A stretch of DNA of 64,000 nt from a bacterium (GTDB taxonomy: Bacteria > Zhuqueibacterota > Zhuqueibacteria > Oceanimicrobiales > Oceanimicrobiaceae). The stretch covers positions 32,001 through 96,000 of the forward strand of contig JBBIIG010000005.1 in assembly GCA_037446635.1 (NCBI GenBank), read 5' to 3'. Under the pieces are notes generated by a model. It had not been told where the DNA came from and did no database searches. It was given only the letters and a program-made list of their open reading frames with translations. The translations under genes were made by a program, and so were the position numbers. This document shows, piece by piece, positions 59,183 to 64,000 of the stretch; position 1 is the stretch's first letter, and the number at the start of each line of letters is the position of its first letter.

Positions 59183-60694
59183 TTACTTCGGCGGCCGCAG
59201 CCGCAGCCGTTTGATTTTGTACCGCATCACCCGTTCGGAAATATTGAGCGCGGCCGCCGCGGCGCTCTGGTTCCAGCCGTGATGGCGCAGCACTTTGATG
59301 AGAATCTCGCGCTCGTAGTCGGCGAGCAGATGGTTCAAGTCGCCGGCAAGCGGGACCTCGAACGCTTCGCGCTGGGTTTCGGGAAACGAAATTTCGTAGG
59401 GGAGATGTTCGGGGAGAAGCTGCGCGTCGCCGTCGTCCGCTAAAATCACCGCGCGCTCCATCATGTTTTCCAATTCACGGACGTTGCCGGGCCAGGAGTA
59501 GCGTTCGAGAATTTCAATGGTTTTTGGCGCGATTGTATTGAGCGACTTTTTGTGCTGGCTGGCGAAGCGTTTTAGAAAATGCGCGGCCAGCGCCGGAATA
59601 TCTTCCACCCGCTCGCGCAGAGAAGGCAGCCGCACCGGCACAACATTCAAGCGATAAAACAGATCCGAGCGGAATTCGCCCGCCGCTACTTTCGTTTTCA
59701 AATCCTGCGCCGCCGCGACGATGATGCGCACGTCAACTTTGCGCGGCTGGTTGGAGCCAAGTGGGCGCACTTCTTCTTCCTGAAGAACCCGCAGCAACTT
59801 GGCCTGCGTGTCCAGGCTCATGTTGGCGATTTCATCGAGGAAAAGCGTGCCGCCGTTCGCTTCTTCAAACAAGCCGGGGCGATCGCGGTCAGCGCCGGTG
59901 AACGCGCCGCGCACGTAACCGAACAGCTCGCTTTCGAGGAGATTGGCCGGCAGGGCACCGCAGTCCACCGCCACAAACGGACGGCTCTTTCGCGGCCCGG
60001 AATAATGAATGAATTTCGCAATTACCTCTTTGCCGCTGCCGCTTTCGCCCTGAATCATCACCCGGCCGTCGGTGCGGATGACCCGTTCGAGAATCGCAAA
60101 CACTTCTTTCATCGCGGGGCTGCCGCCGATGATGCCGTGGCTGTCGAAGCGCGCTGCGACTTGCTGGCGCAGGCGCTCGTTCTCGCTGAAAAGCTGCTCG
60201 CGCAGTTGCGCCTCTTCGATGAATTCGGAAATTTCGGCGGCGAGGGCGCAGACGAGCTGCTGGTCTTCAACGGCGAAGCGTTTTTGTGAGCGCGCCAAAA
60301 TCACCACGCCGATGATGGCATCGCCGATTGTCAGCGGTGCGCCCAGCGCTGACGAAATTTCAGTGAAGCGATCTTTGAAATTGAACAGCGCCGCCACGTC
60401 GTGGCTAAGGAGCGGCTGCTTGTTGGTCACCACCCAGCCGGTGACAAGATCGTCGAGCGGGGTTTTCAGCAATCCTTCGGTGGATTTTCCTCGACGAATC
60501 AACGTCCGCCGCGAGCGCTCGGAAGTTGGGCGCAGCAGTTGAATGCAGCCCTCGTCGGCCGCGGCCAAATCCAGAAACTCGCGCATCAATTCTTCGATGG
60601 CTTCCTCCACCCGCTGCGCTTTGCTGAGGCGATGGGCAATGCGATTGGCGGCTTGCAGGACGAGGATTTGTTGGTTGGGTTCGGTTGTTTTCAT
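59183..60694 (-). CDS. Sigma-54-dependent transcriptional regulator (GAF-AAA+-Fis HTH)
   Basis: GESGSGKE, GAFTGA, LFLDEI, WPGNVRELEN, C-terminal HTH. Confidence 0.95.
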   Translation of the reverse strand: MKTTEPNQQILVLQAANRIAHRLSKAQRVEEAIEELMREFLDLAAADEGCIQLLRPTSERSRRTLIRRGKSTEGLLKTPLDDLVTGWVVTNKQPLLSHDVAALFNFKDRFTEISSALGAPLTIGDAIIGVVILARSQKRFAVEDQQLVCALAAEISEFIEEAQLREQLFSENERLRQQVAARFDSHGIIGGSPAMKEVFAILERVIRTDGRVMIQGESGSGKEVIAKFIHYSGPRKSRPFVAVDCGALPANLLESELFGYVRGAFTGADRDRPGLFEEANGGTLFLDEIANMSLDTQAKLLRVLQEEEVRPLGSNQPRKVDVRIIVAAAQDLKTKVAAGEFRSDLFYRLNVVPVRLPSLRERVEDIPALAAHFLKRFASQHKKSLNTIAPKTIEILERYSWPGNVRELENMMERAVILADDGDAQLLPEHLPYEISFPETQREAFEVPLAGDLNHLLADYEREILIKVLRHHGWNQSAAAAALNISERVMRYKIKRLRLRPPK

Positions 60695-60746
60695 CGCCCG
60701 AAACTACTGTAATTTTTTTGATCTACAACTTTAATTTCTAAGCCAG

Positions 60747-60902
60747 CTTGTGTTTCGACAGACGGATAAACGGCCATCCTCGCAAGTGAAAGTCTTGCTT
60801 TCCCAACTTAACAAAATAGAAAATGAATTAGCCTCTGGAAGTGTGGTAGTATTCGAGGATAACCGGATTCGCATTAGAAATCTGCCAATTTTAAAATCCT
60901 GA
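60747..60902 (+). pseudogene. C-terminal remnant of a DUF5615 PIN-like toxin gene
   Basis: [55 protein letters not shown]; no start; not in the ORF track. Confidence 0.65.
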
Positions 60903-63900
60903 AGTGGTCATTGCACTCTTGTTTATAGCCTCGCTTGCCTTTCTCGCAATCAACCCAAAACCCTGCGCCTCGGCTTCTTTTCTCAAAAAATTCAACGTGG
61001 AACGGCCGGTTTCGGCGATGCCGTGCTTCAACTCGGTCAACCCAATCGCGAGCTGCGCTTCGATTTTCACGGTGAACAATCCGGTGCGCGCGGCTTCATC
61101 TGCGATTTGCAGCAGGCTCTTTTTCGCCTCCGCGAAACGCCCATTTTCCGCCACCACGCGCGCCGCCGCAATGTTGACCCACAAGCGATCACGGAGATAC
61201 TGGCTGTTGGCAATCAGCTCGGCGGCGCGGCCGGCCGCTTGCTGAGCCTCGCGCAGCTTGCCGGTTTCCAACAACGCCAGCGCCAGCAACGCCGTGGAGC
61301 GCGCTTCCTGGGTGTCGATCATCTTGCCCCGATATTCTTTTTGCAATTGGCGGATTTTTGCGGCGGCTTCATCGGCGCGATTTTCCGCCATCAAAATTTC
61401 CGCCAACGTGAGGTGCGCTTCAAAAGCCGACTCCGCGGCCGCTTCCTCGCGCAACGCCAGCGCGCTGTCCAATTTCGCGCGGGCGCCGGCGAGGTCGCCC
61501 TCCGCCAGCAGCAGCTCGCCGAGGTGATGCAAGCCGTCGGACGTGAGCAGCTTCTGGTTCATCTCACGGGAAATTTTCAGCGAAGCGGAGATGGTTTGCT
61601 TGGCGGCGGCCAAATCGCCGGAGTCAAAGTAAACGTGTTCTAAATTGCTGAGCGCCAGCGCCTGGTTATACTTGTTGCCAAACTCGGCGCCGATGGCCGC
61701 GCTTTCCTCGTACATTTTTTTCGCGCCGGGCAAATCGCCCTGCAAGCGCAGCACGTTGCCGAGATTGTTCAGCGGGCTTGCCAGCCGCGAGCGGTTGCCC
61801 AGCTTGCGGCGCATAGCCAGCGATTCTTCGTAAAGTTCTTTGGCGCGTTTGAGGTTGCCCTCATTTTTTTCCACAATCGCGATGTTGTTGAGCAGCACGG
61901 CCACGTTGAGCTCATTGCCGGTGGCGCGTTTGATCGCCAGCGCTTCGTCGTAAATTTGGCGGGCGGTTTGCAATTCTCCGCGCGTCTTGTGAACGATGCC
62001 GATCAAATTGAGCGCATCGGCAACGAGACTGCGATTGCCGGTGAGCGTGAACAGGCGTTTGGCCTCGTCGTAAGCGGCAAGCGCTTTGTCCAATTCGCCC
62101 AAATTATACAGCGCCCAACCCTCGTCGTACCATGATTTGCCCACCAACACCAGCGCGCCCTGCGTCGTCGCTTTGATGCGCGCCTGCTTGCACGCGGCCT
62201 GCTGGCGCTTGAAATCGGAGATGGCTTCCGCGGCCGCGGACTCCGCAAGATCGATGCGGGCGTCGGCGGAGGCTGGCGGCGGCAAACGGCGCAAGCGCTC
62301 GAGAATCTCGAACGCCTCGTTGGCTTTACCGGCGTCGGTTTTTATTTTTGCTAATTGCAAACCGTATTCGATGTTGTCCGGATACGTTTGCAGCAACGTC
62401 TGGTAAAGCTCGATCGCTTTGTCCCACTCGCGCTTGGCCGTTCGATAGCGCGCTTCCACGGCCAGCCGATCTTCCGATGAAAGATTTTTCGAAAGCGTGA
62501 AAGCTTTCTCCGCCGCGTTGAGCGCCTCCTGCTCATACCCTAATTGCCTCCAGGTTTCGGAAAGGGCGAAATGAGTGAGGGGATAGTTGGGGTCGCTGGC
62601 CGCGGCCTGCTGCAACAAATCGCGCGCCGCCACGGCATCGTGGACGCGCAGCTTATCGAGCCCTTGCGCATAAAGCTTGACCGACTCGACGTCTTTTGGA
62701 CGAGCGGCCACCACGGCAATTTGTTCTTTTTCCGGCAGCGCGGAAATTCCCAACTTCTCCCGGATGCGATTGCCGGCGCGAGCGATGAGATCGAACAACT
62801 GGCTTTCGGCGCCGGTCTCAGCAATCGCGGCGATGGTCTCGCCGGCCACTGCGTCCTGCATGCGGATGTCGAGGCGAATCTGGCTGTTAGCGCGGCTGCC
62901 GAGCGCTAAATACGAGCCAAACACAATCAAATCCGAACCGAGGTTGCTGCGAATTTGCTGAAGCGTCTCTTTGGCGAAACTCTCGCTCTCGGCCAGCGCC
63001 AGCTCGCTTTTCATGCGGCTCACCACCTCGCCGGGAATCGTGCGCAATTCTTCGCCGGCGCCCAATTCGGTGGCCAGCATTTCCGCAAGCGCGGTGGAGA
63101 GCCACGCCATCTCCTCACGCCCGGAAAGATTTTTGAACCCAAGAAGGGCCACGGATCTGCGCGCGTGAATGGTGGTGTCGAAAGCGGCAGTGGCCGCGTC
63201 GCCGGCGATTTTTTGTTTTTGGTCTGAAACTCGAATCAAAATCGTTGCCAGCGCCGCGCTCACCACCGCCATGAAGACGAACAGCGCCGGCCAAAGCCAG
63301 CTTTTTGTTCGCGCCGCGCTCACCGTTCGCCGGGGTTTCTTTTTGGCGCCGGCTGTGGCCGACGAAGCGGGCAGAATTTCATTCACATTGTGTAAATCCG
63401 CCAGCATGTCGCTGATATGCTGGTAGCGCTGGCCGGCGTCTTTCATCAGCGCGGTGAAAACGATGTCCTGCAGTTGCGCCGGCGCATCTTTGCGAAATTT
63501 TGTAATGGGCTCCGGCTCTTGGGTGAGAATCGAATAAATGGCAACTTGATCGAAATCCTGTTTGAAAGGTAACTGCCCGGTGAGCATTTCATAGAGCACA
63601 ACGCCCAGCGACCAGATGTCGCTGCGGGGATCGACTTCGTCGCCGCGGATTTGTTCCGGCGACATATACGCCAGCGTGCCGACGGTGGCGCCGGACTGGG
63701 TGAGCCGGCTGCCGCCGCGAATTTTCGCCAGCCCGAAGTCCATGATTTTGGCGACGCCATTTTCGGTGATCATGACGTTAGCGCTTTTGATATCGCGATG
63801 GATGATGCCTTTTTCGTGCGCGGCTTTCAAGCCTTCGGCAATTTGGAGGGCCATTTTGATGATGTCAGCGATCGGTAGAGGCGGATCGCGATACGCCCCT

Positions 63901-64000
63901 ACGATGCTGCGCAACTCCTTCCCCTCGATAAACTCCATCACGATAAAAATTTCGCCCTCCTTTTCCTCGATGGCGTAAATGTGCGCGATGTTGGGATGGT
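60891..64000 (-). CDS. Hanks-type Ser/Thr protein kinase with TM segment and TPR repeats, 5'-truncated by the window edge
   Basis: [29 protein letters not shown]; many TPRs; frame open to 64000. Confidence 0.95.
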   Translation of the reverse strand, partial: HPNIAHIYAIEEKEGEIFIVMEFIEGKELRSIVGAYRDPPLPIADIIKMALQIAEGLKAAHEKGIIHRDIKSANVMITENGVAKIMDFGLAKIRGGSRLTQSGATVGTLAYMSPEQIRGDEVDPRSDIWSLGVVLYEMLTGQLPFKQDFDQVAIYSILTQEPEPITKFRKDAPAQLQDIVFTALMKDAGQRYQHISDMLADLHNVNEILPASSATAGAKKKPRRTVSAARTKSWLWPALFVFMAVVSAALATILIRVSDQKQKIAGDAATAAFDTTIHARRSVALLGFKNLSGREEMAWLSTALAEMLATELGAGEELRTIPGEVVSRMKSELALAESESFAKETLQQIRSNLGSDLIVFGSYLALGSRANSQIRLDIRMQDAVAGETIAAIAETGAESQLFDLIARAGNRIREKLGISALPEKEQIAVVAARPKDVESVKLYAQGLDKLRVHDAVAARDLLQQAAASDPNYPLTHFALSETWRQLGYEQEALNAAEKAFTLSKNLSSEDRLAVEARYRTAKREWDKAIELYQTLLQTYPDNIEYGLQLAKIKTDAGKANEAFEILERLRRLPPPASADARIDLAESAAAEAISDFKRQQAACKQARIKATTQGALVLVGKSWYDEGWALYNLGELDKALAAYDEAKRLFTLTGNRSLVADALNLIGIVHKTRGELQTARQIYDEALAIKRATGNELNVAVLLNNIAIVEKNEGNLKRAKELYEESLAMRRKLGNRSRLASPLNNLGNVLRLQGDLPGAKKMYEESAAIGAEFGNKYNQALALSNLEHVYFDSGDLAAAKQTISASLKISREMNQKLLTSDGLHHLGELLLAEGDLAGARAKLDSALALREEAAAESAFEAHLTLAEILMAENRADEAAAKIRQLQKEYRGKMIDTQEARSTALLALALLETGKLREAQQAAGRAAELIANSQYLRDRLWVNIAAARVVAENGRFAEAKKSLLQIADEAARTGLFTVKIEAQLAIGLTELKHGIAETGRSTLNFLRKEAEAQGFGLIARKASEAINKSAMTTSGF

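Overview
Bacterial chromosomal window of roughly 50-55% GC. A KSB1/FCB-like lineage is my inference, not established. 1-35.6 kb (+) is a long surface-polysaccharide/glycosylation operon: GT2, GT4 and GT39 glycosyltransferases, two asparagine-synthase-type amidotransferases, NAD epimerases, an acyltransferase and a flippase, plus proC. 35.9-44.2 kb holds a VWA protein, carA, cutA, an MBL hydrolase, tonB-exbB-exbD and rpmB. 44.3-56 kb (-) is a dcw cluster lacking murE/murD/murC/murB/ddl. 56-64 kb (-) holds a hydrolase, DUF72, DUF2851, a sigma-54 regulator and a Ser/Thr kinase-TPR gene. The most striking signals are non-genic. (i) Several families of small palindromic elements fill nearly every gene junction of the operon. 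They nest inside each other, insert in frame into proteins (asnB-like, GT39, GT2, acyltransferase, carA, kinase), and one may have fused two genes. (ii) AT-rich accessory cassettes (restriction-modification, toxin-antitoxin, HEPN-like genes) sit next to short, synonymously diverged copies of the neighbouring gene's own end; the start of one GT4 gene occurs three times. This suggests an integrase-free cassette-accretion process. No tRNA, rRNA, CRISPR array or intact transposase/integrase was seen.
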